Shown: piece after piece, positions 10,524 through 20,157 of the stretch
Numbering within the stretch: the first letter of the stretch is position 1
How the letters are laid out: each line of letters starts with the position of its first letter
Source of the DNA: a virus
Length of the DNA: 64,000 nucleotides
Direction: 5' to 3' (one strand)
IMG/VR virus record: IMGVR_UViG_3300042387_002331
Translations under genes and position numbers: made by a program
Notes under the pieces: generated by a model
Databases searched by the model: none
What the model was told of the DNA's origin: nothing
The model's input: the letters and a program-made list of their open reading frames with translations, nothing else

Positions 10524-10660
10524 CTCTTGCGACTTTGACATTTTCCCCACATATATATAACTTGAATATACCACCCCTCACATCTTATGTGGTATCGTAG
10601 ATAAAAAATTATATTACGTTTCTTAATAAACGTATTTTCCCAACAAATAATTTAGGAAAA

Positions 10661-11899
10661 ATGGCAACAAACAGAGACTTGCTTAAAGAAGCAATCGCAG
10701 ATGCTAAAGCTGTTAAAGAAACTGCTATCGCAAATGCAAAAGCTGCTCTAGAAGAAGCCTTCACACCTCAATTAAAATCAATGTTCGCTGCAAAACTTCA
10801 AGAAATGGAACATGAGAATGAATTGGAAGAAGCTAAAGACATAGAAGAAATGGATGAAGCTTTAGGAACAATTAATGATCCTGATACTCCAACAGCCCAT
10901 GGAAATATTGCTGAAGAAGACAAAGACATGATGGAAATTGATTTGGAAGAGCTTTTAAAAGAGCTAGAATTAGAAGAGGGTGACATGGAAGGATCCTTAA
11001 ACGAAGCTGAAGGAGATGACGAAGAAGACATGCCAATGTCTGATGAAGATTCTGACGAAGGTGACGAGGAAGGAACTCCACTAGACCTCGAAGACATGAC
11101 AGATGAAGATCTTAAAGATATGATCGAAGATGTCATTAAAGACATGATCGCCTCAGGTGAACTTGAAGCTGGTCATGAAGGTATGGGTGATGAAGAAGGA
11201 ATGGAAGTGAAAGATGAAGAAGTTGATTTAGCTGAATTGCTTAGAGAGATTGAAGAGATGGAACACAAAACAAAAGAAGAAGGAATGCATGAAGAAAAAG
11301 AACCGGTAGATGAATACTACGCAGGAGGTGCTTCTGTTGCTCCTTTAGATTTTGCTATTGGTGCTGCAATTGCTGCCCTAGGTTTAGGTATTCCAATAGG
11401 TAGAACATATTTTAATTATTTAAAAGCTAAAAAAGCTGAAAAGAAAGCAGAAGGTAAATCTGAAGCTGAATTAGATCAAATGGCTAAAGATGATGCTGAG
11501 TTTGAAAAAGATGTTACAAATGTAATTAATAAAGCATCTTCTAAAGTGTCAACAGAACTTTCTGAAGCTTATAAAACAATTAAAGCTCTTAAGTCTGAAC
11601 TAAACGAGATCAACTTACTGAATGCTAAACTTCTTTATACTAATAAAATCTTCAAATCTAAAAATTTGAACGAAAGTCAAAAAGTGAAAGTGTTAAGTTC
11701 GTTTGACAAAGCTACTACAGTAGGTGAAGTAAAATTAGTATTTGAAACTTTAAACGAGGGAATTAAAGTTGCTAAAAATACAATTAAAGAAAACTTAGGT
11801 AGTGCTTCTAAAGCAACAATTACACCAAACGTTAAAAAACCAATCGTTGAGTCAAACGATGCATTCTTACGTATGCAAAAATTGGCTGGAATAATTTAA
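10661..11899 (+). CDS. Prohead scaffolding/core protein (T4 gp22-like)
   Basis: Acidic coiled-coil protein between protease and major capsid; ends MQKLAGII. Confidence 0.75.
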   Translation: MATNRDLLKEAIADAKAVKETAIANAKAALEEAFTPQLKSMFAAKLQEMEHENELEEAKDIEEMDEALGTINDPDTPTAHGNIAEEDKDMMEIDLEELLKELELEEGDMEGSLNEAEGDDEEDMPMSDEDSDEGDEEGTPLDLEDMTDEDLKDMIEDVIKDMIASGELEAGHEGMGDEEGMEVKDEEVDLAELLREIEEMEHKTKEEGMHEEKEPVDEYYAGGASVAPLDFAIGAAIAALGLGIPIGRTYFNYLKAKKAEKKAEGKSEAELDQMAKDDAEFEKDVTNVINKASSKVSTELSEAYKTIKALKSELNEINLLNAKLLYTNKIFKSKNLNESQKVKVLSSFDKATTVGEVKLVFETLNEGIKVAKNTIKENLGSASKATITPNVKKPIVESNDAFLRMQKLAGII

Positions 11900-11927
11900 T
11901 TAACAATTTAAAACAAAAACAAACAAA

Positions 11928-13610
11928 ATGTCAAGTATTAATTCTTTATTAGAAAGCTCGGCTGCTGGATGGAAAAACATGCAGAACGATGCAGCTCGTA
12001 TGGCCTCTAAATGGGCAAAAACGGGATTATTAGAAGGATTGAATAGCGAAGTTGAAAAAAACAACATGGCTATGATCCTTGAAAACCAAGCAAAACAACT
12101 TGTTGTTGAGCAATCTTCTACAAACGTAGGTGGTGGTACCTTCCAAGTAGGACAAGGTGAGCAATGGGCTGGTGTAGCTCTTCCATTGGTACGTAAAGTA
12201 TTCGGTTCTTTATCATCTAAAGAATTCGTTTCTGTACAACCAATGAATTTGCCTTCTGGTCTTGTATTCTTCTTGGATTTCCAATATGGACAAGATAAAA
12301 ATGCTCCTGCTGGAAACTTTGGTCCTGCTGGAGATACTTATGCAGCTAGTTCATCTATGTATGGTAACACAAACCCAGGCCCTGGTGTAGATCCTTCACA
12401 AGGTCTTTATGGTGCTGGTAGATTTGCTTACTCAATCAACCAATTCTCTGAATCAGTTGGTACTACAGTAGCAACAGCTTCTTGGGCTGATGTAAATTAT
12501 GATTCATTCTATCAAACAACTACTCAGTCTTTAACAGCTGTAACTATTAACACTAATGCCTTAACTCGTCCAGATCTTAAAGGTGTTCGTGCGTTTGTAT
12601 TAGCTTCAGGTTCAACTTACACTGCTGCAACTGCAAATTTATTGTTACCTCAATACACTAAGGTAGATGCTACTGGTACTACAATTACATTCGTTTACAA
12701 CGCTGCAGTAGGTTCTGCTGACGTACCTGAGGCTGCTACTTCTTCTTCAATTTTCTACAACATGCAACCTGCTGACAACTACAGAGGTGATTTTGAAGAT
12801 AACAGTGGTGCTGGTTATCCAAATGCTGAATCTACAGCTGCTGATGCTTTAGCTATTCCTCAAATCAATATCCAAATGAAATCTGAGGCTATTGTTGCTA
12901 AAACTCGTAAATTGAAAGCACAATGGACACCAGAATTCGCTCAAGATTTGAACGTATACCAATCTTTGGATGCTGAAGCTGAATTAACTTCAATCATGAG
13001 TGAATACATCGCATTAGAAATTGATCTTGAAGTAATTGATATGTTGATCCAAGATGCATCTGCTGCAGATGAATACTGGTCAGCTAAATCAAACAATGTA
13101 TTAGATGCTAACAAAACAGCTTGGACTCAAACTGCTGGTTACTTTAATACACAAGGTCAATGGTTCCAAACTTTAGGAACGAAAATGCAAAAAGTTAGTA
13201 ACAAAATTCACCAAAAGACATTACGTGGTGGTGCAAACTTCATCGTATGTTCTCCAACAGTTGCTACAATCCTTGAATCAATCCCAGGATTTGCTTCATC
13301 TTCTGATGGTGATGTAACAAAAGCTAGCTACGCATTTGGTATCCAGAAAGCTGGTCAAATGAATAACCGTTACACAGTTTACAAAAACCCTTACATGACT
13401 GAAAACTTAATGTTAATGGGTTATAGAGGATCTCAATTCCTTGAAACTGGTGCGGTATTTGCTCCATATGTGCCTCTAATCATGACTCCATTAGTGTACG
13501 ATCCAGACAATTTCACACCAAGAAAAGGTCTATTGACTCGTTACGCTAAGAAAATGATCCGTCCTGAATTCTTCGGTCGTATCTTTGTTAACGATTTGAA
13601 CACACTTTAA
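11928..13610 (+). CDS. Major capsid protein (T4 gp23-like)
   Basis: LPLVRKVF, VSVQPMNLPSGLVF, AKTRKLKAQWTPEFAQDL, APYVPL and FTPRKGLLTRYA. Confidence 0.95.
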   Translation: MSSINSLLESSAAGWKNMQNDAARMASKWAKTGLLEGLNSEVEKNNMAMILENQAKQLVVEQSSTNVGGGTFQVGQGEQWAGVALPLVRKVFGSLSSKEFVSVQPMNLPSGLVFFLDFQYGQDKNAPAGNFGPAGDTYAASSSMYGNTNPGPGVDPSQGLYGAGRFAYSINQFSESVGTTVATASWADVNYDSFYQTTTQSLTAVTINTNALTRPDLKGVRAFVLASGSTYTAATANLLLPQYTKVDATGTTITFVYNAAVGSADVPEAATSSSIFYNMQPADNYRGDFEDNSGAGYPNAESTAADALAIPQINIQMKSEAIVAKTRKLKAQWTPEFAQDLNVYQSLDAEAELTSIMSEYIALEIDLEVIDMLIQDASAADEYWSAKSNNVLDANKTAWTQTAGYFNTQGQWFQTLGTKMQKVSNKIHQKTLRGGANFIVCSPTVATILESIPGFASSSDGDVTKASYAFGIQKAGQMNNRYTVYKNPYMTENLMLMGYRGSQFLETGAVFAPYVPLIMTPLVYDPDNFTPRKGLLTRYAKKMIRPEFFGRIFVNDLNTL

Positions 13611-13637
13611 TAAGTAGCAAATAGATCGAATATGAAG

Positions 13638-13664
13638 AGCCTGGCGAAAGCCAGGCTTTTTTTT
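13638..13664 (+). terminator. Rho-independent terminator after the major capsid gene
   Basis: agcctggc-gaaa-gccaggct followed by a T run. Confidence 0.9.
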
Positions 13665-13698
13665 GTTTTTTTTAATATTTATCAACAAATATAGTTAT

Positions 13699-14397
13699 AT
13701 GAATGATTTTAATAGAACTGCCGAAGCGCAGGAAGTTTTCAAAGCAAAACGCAAACCAAAAGGCCCTATAAAATTTAACATTCAATTGAATGAAGAACAA
13801 AAATTGGCTAAATCTAAAATTTTAACTAATACTGTAACTATATTACGTGGTAAAGCAGGATCAGGTAAATCTTTATTAGCAGCAAACGTTGCTCTTGACA
13901 TGTTGTTCAATAAAGAAATTGAAAAGATCATTATCACTCGACCTACTGTAGTAGCTGGACAAGATATTGGTTTCCTCCCAGGTGATGTCAATGAAAAATT
14001 AGCTCCGTTTACTGCTCCTGTGTATGAAAACATGCATCGTTTATATAGCAAAGAAAAAATTGAAAAATGCATACAAGAAGGTGAAATAGAAATTGTACCT
14101 GTTTCATTTATGCGAGGTAGAAACTTTACAGATTGTCTAGTTGTAGTAGATGAAGCACAAAACTTAACTGATAATCAAACAGAACTACTTTTAACCCGTA
14201 TTTGCTCAGGTAGTAAAATGATATTTTGTGGAGACGGTGCTCAAATCGATTTACGAGATAAAAAAACATCAGGATTTGATGTTGTATGTAAACATATGAA
14301 AGAGGTACCTGGATTCGAAGTAATTACACTAGAAAGAAACCATAGACATCCAATAGTAGATGATATTTTAGAAGTATACAAATCTTTCAGAGGTTAA
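13699..14397 (+). CDS. phoH: PhoH-family ATPase
   Basis: GKAGSGKS, ITRP, GFLPG, MRGRNF, VDEAQN, GDGAQID and RNHRHP. ATG 13699 preferred over the TTG at 13663, which lies in the terminator tail. Confidence 0.92.
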   Translation: MNDFNRTAEAQEVFKAKRKPKGPIKFNIQLNEEQKLAKSKILTNTVTILRGKAGSGKSLLAANVALDMLFNKEIEKIIITRPTVVAGQDIGFLPGDVNEKLAPFTAPVYENMHRLYSKEKIEKCIQEGEIEIVPVSFMRGRNFTDCLVVVDEAQNLTDNQTELLLTRICSGSKMIFCGDGAQIDLRDKKTSGFDVVCKHMKEVPGFEVITLERNHRHPIVDDILEVYKSFRG

Positions 14398-14418
14398 CCA
14401 TATTTATAAATAAAATCA

Positions 14419-14904
14419 ATGGCTAACTTATACGTAACTATTACTGAAGAAATTACCCTTCCTAACAACAATGTTGAAAAAACTTATAATTTTAAAGTAA
14501 TTGAAGGAGTAAATGAAATTGTTCGTAGAGTAAATACTATAGCTACTACTTTTAGTGGTTCTGGAATTGAAATTTTGCGTTTTTGCGATAGTAGAGAAGA
14601 ACAAACAGGAGGAGGATTTGTAAAATCTGATGTAAAATATGTTAGAATCACTAACTTATCTAAAAACTACCCAGTAGTAATATATCTTCTTGATACTGAT
14701 AACGAAAGTACTCTACTTAATTTATCCCCAGGTAAATCACTTATGTTTAACGATGCCGATTTTAATGCATCTTCAACAAAAGACTACATGGATGAAAGTT
14801 TTGTAGATGAAATGTATTACAGTAATTTCGTTTATATTGACTCTATTAAAGCCAAAGCTATTTCAGGAAGTGCTCAAATAGAATATTTTGTAGCATCTTC
14901 TTAG
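14419..14904 (+). CDS. Hypothetical virion protein
   Basis: Late promoter at 14400; beta-rich sequence with YVRITNL. Confidence 0.55.
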   Translation: MANLYVTITEEITLPNNNVEKTYNFKVIEGVNEIVRRVNTIATTFSGSGIEILRFCDSREEQTGGGFVKSDVKYVRITNLSKNYPVVIYLLDTDNESTLLNLSPGKSLMFNDADFNASSTKDYMDESFVDEMYYSNFVYIDSIKAKAISGSAQIEYFVASS

Positions 14905-14949
14905 TATTATTAAGAGGTTTTTGATATGTATAACTAAAAAACTATAATC

Positions 14950-15291
14950 ATGTCTAACCCTTGGAATTTTAACACCAGAATACTAGGCCCTAACCCAAAG
15001 GGCTCAGCTTTAACTCTTGAAGAATTAGATAATAGCTTGCTATATCTTTCTGCTTCTTTAGAAAACAATCCAACAGCATCTTATTTATCTCCATTAAGTC
15101 AATCTGTTGAAATTACAGGATCTATTGAACTTACAGGATCTTTAGTAGTTGATGAAGGATACATTGCAAATTTCCCAACAAACTCAATTAGTTTAACTAT
15201 ACCTTCAGGATATAATGCATTATTAATAGGACCTATTTACAATTCGGGATCTATTACAGTTGAAACTGGTTCTAGATTAGTAATATTATAA
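14950..15291 (+). CDS. Short fibre/adaptor protein
   Basis: N-terminal KGSALTLEELDN and C-terminal GYNALLIGPI...GSRLVIL, both resembling phage fibre modules. Confidence 0.5.
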   Translation: MSNPWNFNTRILGPNPKGSALTLEELDNSLLYLSASLENNPTASYLSPLSQSVEITGSIELTGSLVVDEGYIANFPTNSISLTIPSGYNALLIGPIYNSGSITVETGSRLVIL

Positions 15292-15300
15292 TATAAAAAA

Positions 15301-17805
15301 ATGAGTATATTAAGCGTAGATAATATTCAACCATTATCAGGGAATACAGTTACAATCCCTGGAGATTTAACAGTAACAGGAAATATCACTGGAAATATTA
15401 GTGGGTCTGTTCAAATTGGAGGATTTATAGATATTAGTGGAGCTGGTGCTCAAACAATGGTAATTTCTGGTTCATTAATCGTATCTGGAGGAAATACACT
15501 ACATAACGTTGGAGCAATGACAACCGGTTTAAACTGTTTTGTTGCTTCCGGAAGTGATGCAATGGCTCAAGGATCATATACAACAGCTTCAGGACCTTAC
15601 TCCCATGCTGAGGGTGGTAATACTCGTGCCACTAACCAATTTGCTCATGCTGAAGGATCAAATACACTTGCTTCAGGTTTATTTTCACATGCTGAAGGAT
15701 ATTTTACCCAAACAATAGGAGTTGGTTCACATACTGAAGGGAATTTAACAACAGCTTCAGGAAATTATTCACATGCTGAAGGACAAGGTTCTAGATCTGT
15801 TGGTCAATATTCACATGCTGAAGGAGGATATTCTCTTTCTTCGGGAAGTTGGTCACATGCTGAAGGTTTTAGAAATACTGCTTCAGGCGATTATTCACAT
15901 GCCGAAGGAAATAGAACATTTGCTACAGGAAATTGGTCACATGCTGAAGGAACTCAAACAGTTGCTTCTGGAATTAATTCACATGCCGAAGGAGAAGGTA
16001 CTATATCATCTGGACCCCATTCACATGCTGAAGGATCAGGAACAAATTCAACAGGTCAATCATCTCATGCTGAAGGATTATTTACAATTTCTTCAGGACA
16101 ATTATCCCATGCTGAAGGTGGATACACTTTAGCCTCAGGATATGGTACTCACGCTGAAGGATATTATTCAACATCTTCAAACTTTTATTCACACGCTGAA
16201 GGATATCGTGGATTTGCTTCTGAAAGTTATTCCCACGCTGAAGGTGTATTTTCATATGCTTTTGGAAGAGGTTCACATGCTGAAGGTATTAACACATTAG
16301 CTTCTGGATCACATTCCCATGCTGAAGGTGCAGGTACAAAAGCAAATGGAGCTGGTTCACATGCTGAAGGTGGATATGCCGATATAACATGGACAGGCAA
16401 TCCCCCATTTGCAGCAGCCATAACAACTTACCCAGGAGGAACAGCTAACGGAAGAGGATCTCATGCTGAAGGACAAGAAACAGTTGCTGACGGATGGTTT
16501 TCTCATGTTGAAGGTGCTTACACATATGCTGATGGTGAAGCAGCCCATGCTGAAGGATTTTTAACTTCAGCCTCAGGTATATATTCACATGCTGAAGGAT
16601 CTAGAACAAAAGCTTTAGGAAATGCATCTCATGCTGAAGGCCAATACACAACAGCTTCAGGTGATTATTCACATACTGAAGGTTTTCAAACATCTGCTTT
16701 AGGTAATTATTCACACGCTGAAGGTATTTTTACATCAGCTCAAGGTAATTTTTCACATGCCGAAGGAAACACAACTATAGCTATTGGAAATGCTGCTCAC
16801 GCTGAAGGTGAAAATACTCAAGCAATAGACAATTTCGCACATGCTGAAGGACAACAAACAACAGCATCTGCTGAAGGTGCTCATGCTGAAGGATGGTATA
16901 CTCAAGCAGGTGGTCCTGGTTCACATGCTGAAGGATTTTTTACAATAGCAGCAGGACAAGGTTCCCATGCTGAAGGAAATAGTACTCAAGCTCAAGGTGA
17001 ATATTCACACGCTGAAGGTGACGGAACTCAAGCAAGTGGATATATTTCACATACTGAAGGATACCAAACAATTGCTCAAGGAACAGGTTCACATGCTGAA
17101 GGTTCTTCTACAACGGCAGAAGGAGATTACTCACATGCTGAAGGTATTTTAACATATGCTTCCGGAGCAGGATCACATGCCGAGGGTTATGATACAAATG
17201 CCTATGGAAATTACTCACATGCTGAAGGATGGGATACTCAAGCAACAGGTGAATATTCACATGCTGAAGGATATGATACAGTTGCTCAAGAAACTGGTTC
17301 ACATGCTGAAGGAAGAAATGGTATTGCTAGTGGATTATTTTCCCACGTTGAAGGATTCTCTTCAATAGCATCTGGATCTTTTTCTCACGCTGAAGGGCAA
17401 GGTACAACTGCTAGAGGTGATGCTTCACATGCTGAAGGATATAATACAAATGCTTTTGGAAATTATTCACATGCTGAAGGTGATAGCACTATTGCCTCAG
17501 GTTCTTATTCACATGCTGAAGGTAGAAGTACTATTGCTTTAGGTTCTTATCAACATGTTCAAGGTCAATTTAACACCCAAGGAGATGATACTTCATTAAT
17601 GATTGTTGGTAACGGTACAGGACAATTAGCCCGTTCAGATGCCTTTAAAGTTAGAATGTCCGGTTCAATTGTATTACCTACTACTCAATCAGCTGCTCCT
17701 TCTTGGACAGGAATGGATGGAGAAATGGTATTCGCAACAGTAACAGGAAACCATTTATTCTACGTTTGGATGGCAGGTGCATGGAGATCAGGTTCACTAG
17801 CATAA
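15301..17805 (+). CDS. Fibre/adhesin-like protein with about 45 14-aa SHAEG repeats (YadA-head-like beta-roll)
   Basis: About 45 H[A/T/V]EG units at a 14-aa period; C-terminal IVGNGT...RSDAF. Confidence 0.8.
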   Translation: MSILSVDNIQPLSGNTVTIPGDLTVTGNITGNISGSVQIGGFIDISGAGAQTMVISGSLIVSGGNTLHNVGAMTTGLNCFVASGSDAMAQGSYTTASGPYSHAEGGNTRATNQFAHAEGSNTLASGLFSHAEGYFTQTIGVGSHTEGNLTTASGNYSHAEGQGSRSVGQYSHAEGGYSLSSGSWSHAEGFRNTASGDYSHAEGNRTFATGNWSHAEGTQTVASGINSHAEGEGTISSGPHSHAEGSGTNSTGQSSHAEGLFTISSGQLSHAEGGYTLASGYGTHAEGYYSTSSNFYSHAEGYRGFASESYSHAEGVFSYAFGRGSHAEGINTLASGSHSHAEGAGTKANGAGSHAEGGYADITWTGNPPFAAAITTYPGGTANGRGSHAEGQETVADGWFSHVEGAYTYADGEAAHAEGFLTSASGIYSHAEGSRTKALGNASHAEGQYTTASGDYSHTEGFQTSALGNYSHAEGIFTSAQGNFSHAEGNTTIAIGNAAHAEGENTQAIDNFAHAEGQQTTASAEGAHAEGWYTQAGGPGSHAEGFFTIAAGQGSHAEGNSTQAQGEYSHAEGDGTQASGYISHTEGYQTIAQGTGSHAEGSSTTAEGDYSHAEGILTYASGAGSHAEGYDTNAYGNYSHAEGWDTQATGEYSHAEGYDTVAQETGSHAEGRNGIASGLFSHVEGFSSIASGSFSHAEGQGTTARGDASHAEGYNTNAFGNYSHAEGDSTIASGSYSHAEGRSTIALGSYQHVQGQFNTQGDDTSLMIVGNGTGQLARSDAFKVRMSGSIVLPTTQSAAPSWTGMDGEMVFATVTGNHLFYVWMAGAWRSGSLA

Positions 17806-17828
17806 TCTAAAAAAATATTTAAATGTTT

Positions 17829-17851
17829 AAGGCACCGTTTAGGTGCCTTTT
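17829..17851 (+). terminator. Rho-independent terminator (copy 1 of a duplicated intergenic cassette)
   Basis: aaggcacc-gttta-ggtgcctt followed by Ts. Confidence 0.8.
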
Positions 17852-17888
17852 GCTTTTCTTCTAATATGTATAAATAAAACTATAATCA

Positions 17889-20078
17889 ATGAGCACAATC
17901 AGTACTAATACTATTCAACCCTTATCGGGAAACACAATTACTATTCCTGGAGATTTAACAGTAACAGGAAACATTAACGGAAACGTTAGTGGATCTGTAC
18001 AAATTGCAGGAATTATAGCAATTGATCCTCTTACCCAACAAACAACCATTTCAGGATCTTTAATTGTATCCGGAGGAAATACATTCCATAATGCTGGAGC
18101 AATGACAACTGGCTTTGGCTGTTTTGTTGCTTCCGGAAGTGATGCAATGGCTCAAGGATATAATACAATAGCATCTGGTTCTTATTCACATGCTGAAGGT
18201 TGGTATGCTAATGCAAATGGAACTGGTTCACATGCTGAAGGTGTTGGTACTAGCACTGGAGTTGGTTCACACGCTGAAGGAGGAAATTTCATATATGATC
18301 CTTATATAACCTTTGACTGGGTTGTAGCAACTCCGGGAGGACAGGCTATTGGAGCTGGTTCACACGCTGAAGGGAGTAATACTCAAGCTCGTGGAATAGG
18401 TTCCCATGCTGAAGGATACTTTTCAATTGCCTCTGGATCCTTTTCACACGCTGAAGGTGGGCGTGCTTCATCATCAATTGCTCCAAATGGTAATGTAACC
18501 ACATCCCAAATTCAAGGAGGTTTAGCATTTGGAGATGGATCCCATGCTGAAGGATTCACAACCCAAGCACTTGGAAATGGTTCACATTCCGAAGGAGATA
18601 GAACAGTAGCAGTTGGAGTTGTTTCACATGCTGAAGGTCACCGTACAAGAACAATTGGGTACGGTTCACATGCTGAAGGATTCCAAACTACATCTTCAGG
18701 TGACTATTCACACGCTGAAGGTAGTGGATCTGTAGCTTTTGGAACAGGTTCACATGCTGAAGGTAGACAAACAATAACTAATGGGAATTGGTCACACGCT
18801 GAAGGACATTTAACAGTGACATCAGGATCATATTCACATGCTGAAGGATATATAACATCAGCTTCAGGTAATTATTCACACGCTGAAGGTGTAAACACTA
18901 TAGCTGGAGGAATAGGTTCTCATGCTGAAGGTTTAGTTACTTCTACTTCAGGTGCTTTATATGCACATGCTGAAGGAGAATATAATGGTGCTCTTGGTAG
19001 AGGTTCACATGTTGAAGGATTCCAATCAAATGCTTATGCTGATTATTCTCATGTTGAAGGAATTGGTAATGCAACACATGGAATAGGTTCACATGCTGAA
19101 GGTGGGTATGCTAATGTAACATATTCTCCTACATTTCCTTTCTACCCAATTTCAATTGGTATAGCCGGTGGAGGAACAGCATGGGCCCCAGGTTCACATA
19201 CTGAAGGTTTAATGGTTCAAGCATTTGGAACATCTTCACATGCTGAAGGTGAGTCAACAGAAACTTATGGATTTGCCTCTCATGCTGAAGGAAAAAGTAC
19301 AATATCTTCTGGTTCTTATTCACATGCCGAAGGTGAAAGCACAATTACTCAAGGAACAGGTTCACATGCTGAAGGTCAAGGCTCACTTGCTATTGGAAAT
19401 TATTCACACGCTGAAGGTTCTGGAGTAGAAGCTACAGGAAACCATTCTCATGCTGAAGGAAAAGAAACATTCTCTATAGGAATTTATTCCCACGCTGAAG
19501 GAGAAAATACTTCTGCTCAAGGAACAGGTTCACATACCGAAGGTGCTAATACAGTTGCTGGTGGAGTATATTCACATGCTGAAGGTGATGGAAGTCAAGC
19601 AAATGGGTATGGCTCACATGCTGAAGGATCTAATACAGAATCTCAAGGAACAGGTTCCCACGCTGAAGGGCTTGAAACAGTTGCCACAGGTGATCATTCC
19701 CATGCTGAAGGAAATCAAACAGCAGCACTAGGAGTTTATTCACACGCTGAAGGAACCCAAACAATCGCTTTAGGACAATCTTCTCATGCTGAAGGTTGGG
19801 GAACAATTGCTTCTGGTTCATACCAACACGTAATAGGTACTTTCAATACCCAAGGAGATGATAGTTCACGACTTATCGTTGGTAATGGATCTGGAAATAG
19901 CACCCGTTTAGATGCTTTTAAAGTAAGTTCCAACAATACAATAATCATCCCACAAACACAATCAGCTGCTCCATTTTGGACAGGAACTGATGGAGAAATT
20001 GTTCCTGCAACAGTAGGAGGTCAATATTTCCTTTACATGTGGATGAACGGAGCTTGGAGATCAGGTTCATTTGTTTAA
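17889..20078 (+). CDS. Paralogous fibre/adhesin-like protein with about 35 SHAEG repeats
   Basis: N- and C-termini homologous to 15301..17805; three GG-flanked loop insertions. Confidence 0.8.
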   Translation: MSTISTNTIQPLSGNTITIPGDLTVTGNINGNVSGSVQIAGIIAIDPLTQQTTISGSLIVSGGNTFHNAGAMTTGFGCFVASGSDAMAQGYNTIASGSYSHAEGWYANANGTGSHAEGVGTSTGVGSHAEGGNFIYDPYITFDWVVATPGGQAIGAGSHAEGSNTQARGIGSHAEGYFSIASGSFSHAEGGRASSSIAPNGNVTTSQIQGGLAFGDGSHAEGFTTQALGNGSHSEGDRTVAVGVVSHAEGHRTRTIGYGSHAEGFQTTSSGDYSHAEGSGSVAFGTGSHAEGRQTITNGNWSHAEGHLTVTSGSYSHAEGYITSASGNYSHAEGVNTIAGGIGSHAEGLVTSTSGALYAHAEGEYNGALGRGSHVEGFQSNAYADYSHVEGIGNATHGIGSHAEGGYANVTYSPTFPFYPISIGIAGGGTAWAPGSHTEGLMVQAFGTSSHAEGESTETYGFASHAEGKSTISSGSYSHAEGESTITQGTGSHAEGQGSLAIGNYSHAEGSGVEATGNHSHAEGKETFSIGIYSHAEGENTSAQGTGSHTEGANTVAGGVYSHAEGDGSQANGYGSHAEGSNTESQGTGSHAEGLETVATGDHSHAEGNQTAALGVYSHAEGTQTIALGQSSHAEGWGTIASGSYQHVIGTFNTQGDDSSRLIVGNGSGNSTRLDAFKVSSNNTIIIPQTQSAAPFWTGTDGEIVPATVGGQYFLYMWMNGAWRSGSFV

Positions 20079-20100
20079 AATATAACATAATTTAAAATTT

Positions 20101-20123
20101 AAGGCACCGTTTAGGTGCCTTTT
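20101..20123 (+). terminator. Rho-independent terminator (copy 2)
   Basis: Hairpin identical to that at 17829. Confidence 0.8.
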
Positions 20124-20157
20124 ATTTTTCTTCTAATATTTATAAATAAAATAATCA

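Noticed and set aside
15598-19800. CRISPR-like pattern: about 14-bp conserved core with 28-bp variable spacers at a 42-bp period
   Set aside because: Repeats are in-frame codons for SHAEG with wobble-position variation inside long ORFs. No leader or cas genes.
15301-20078. Diversity-generating retroelement TR/VR pair in the fibre genes
   Set aside because: No reverse transcriptase in the window, and differences between paralogues are not adenine-specific.
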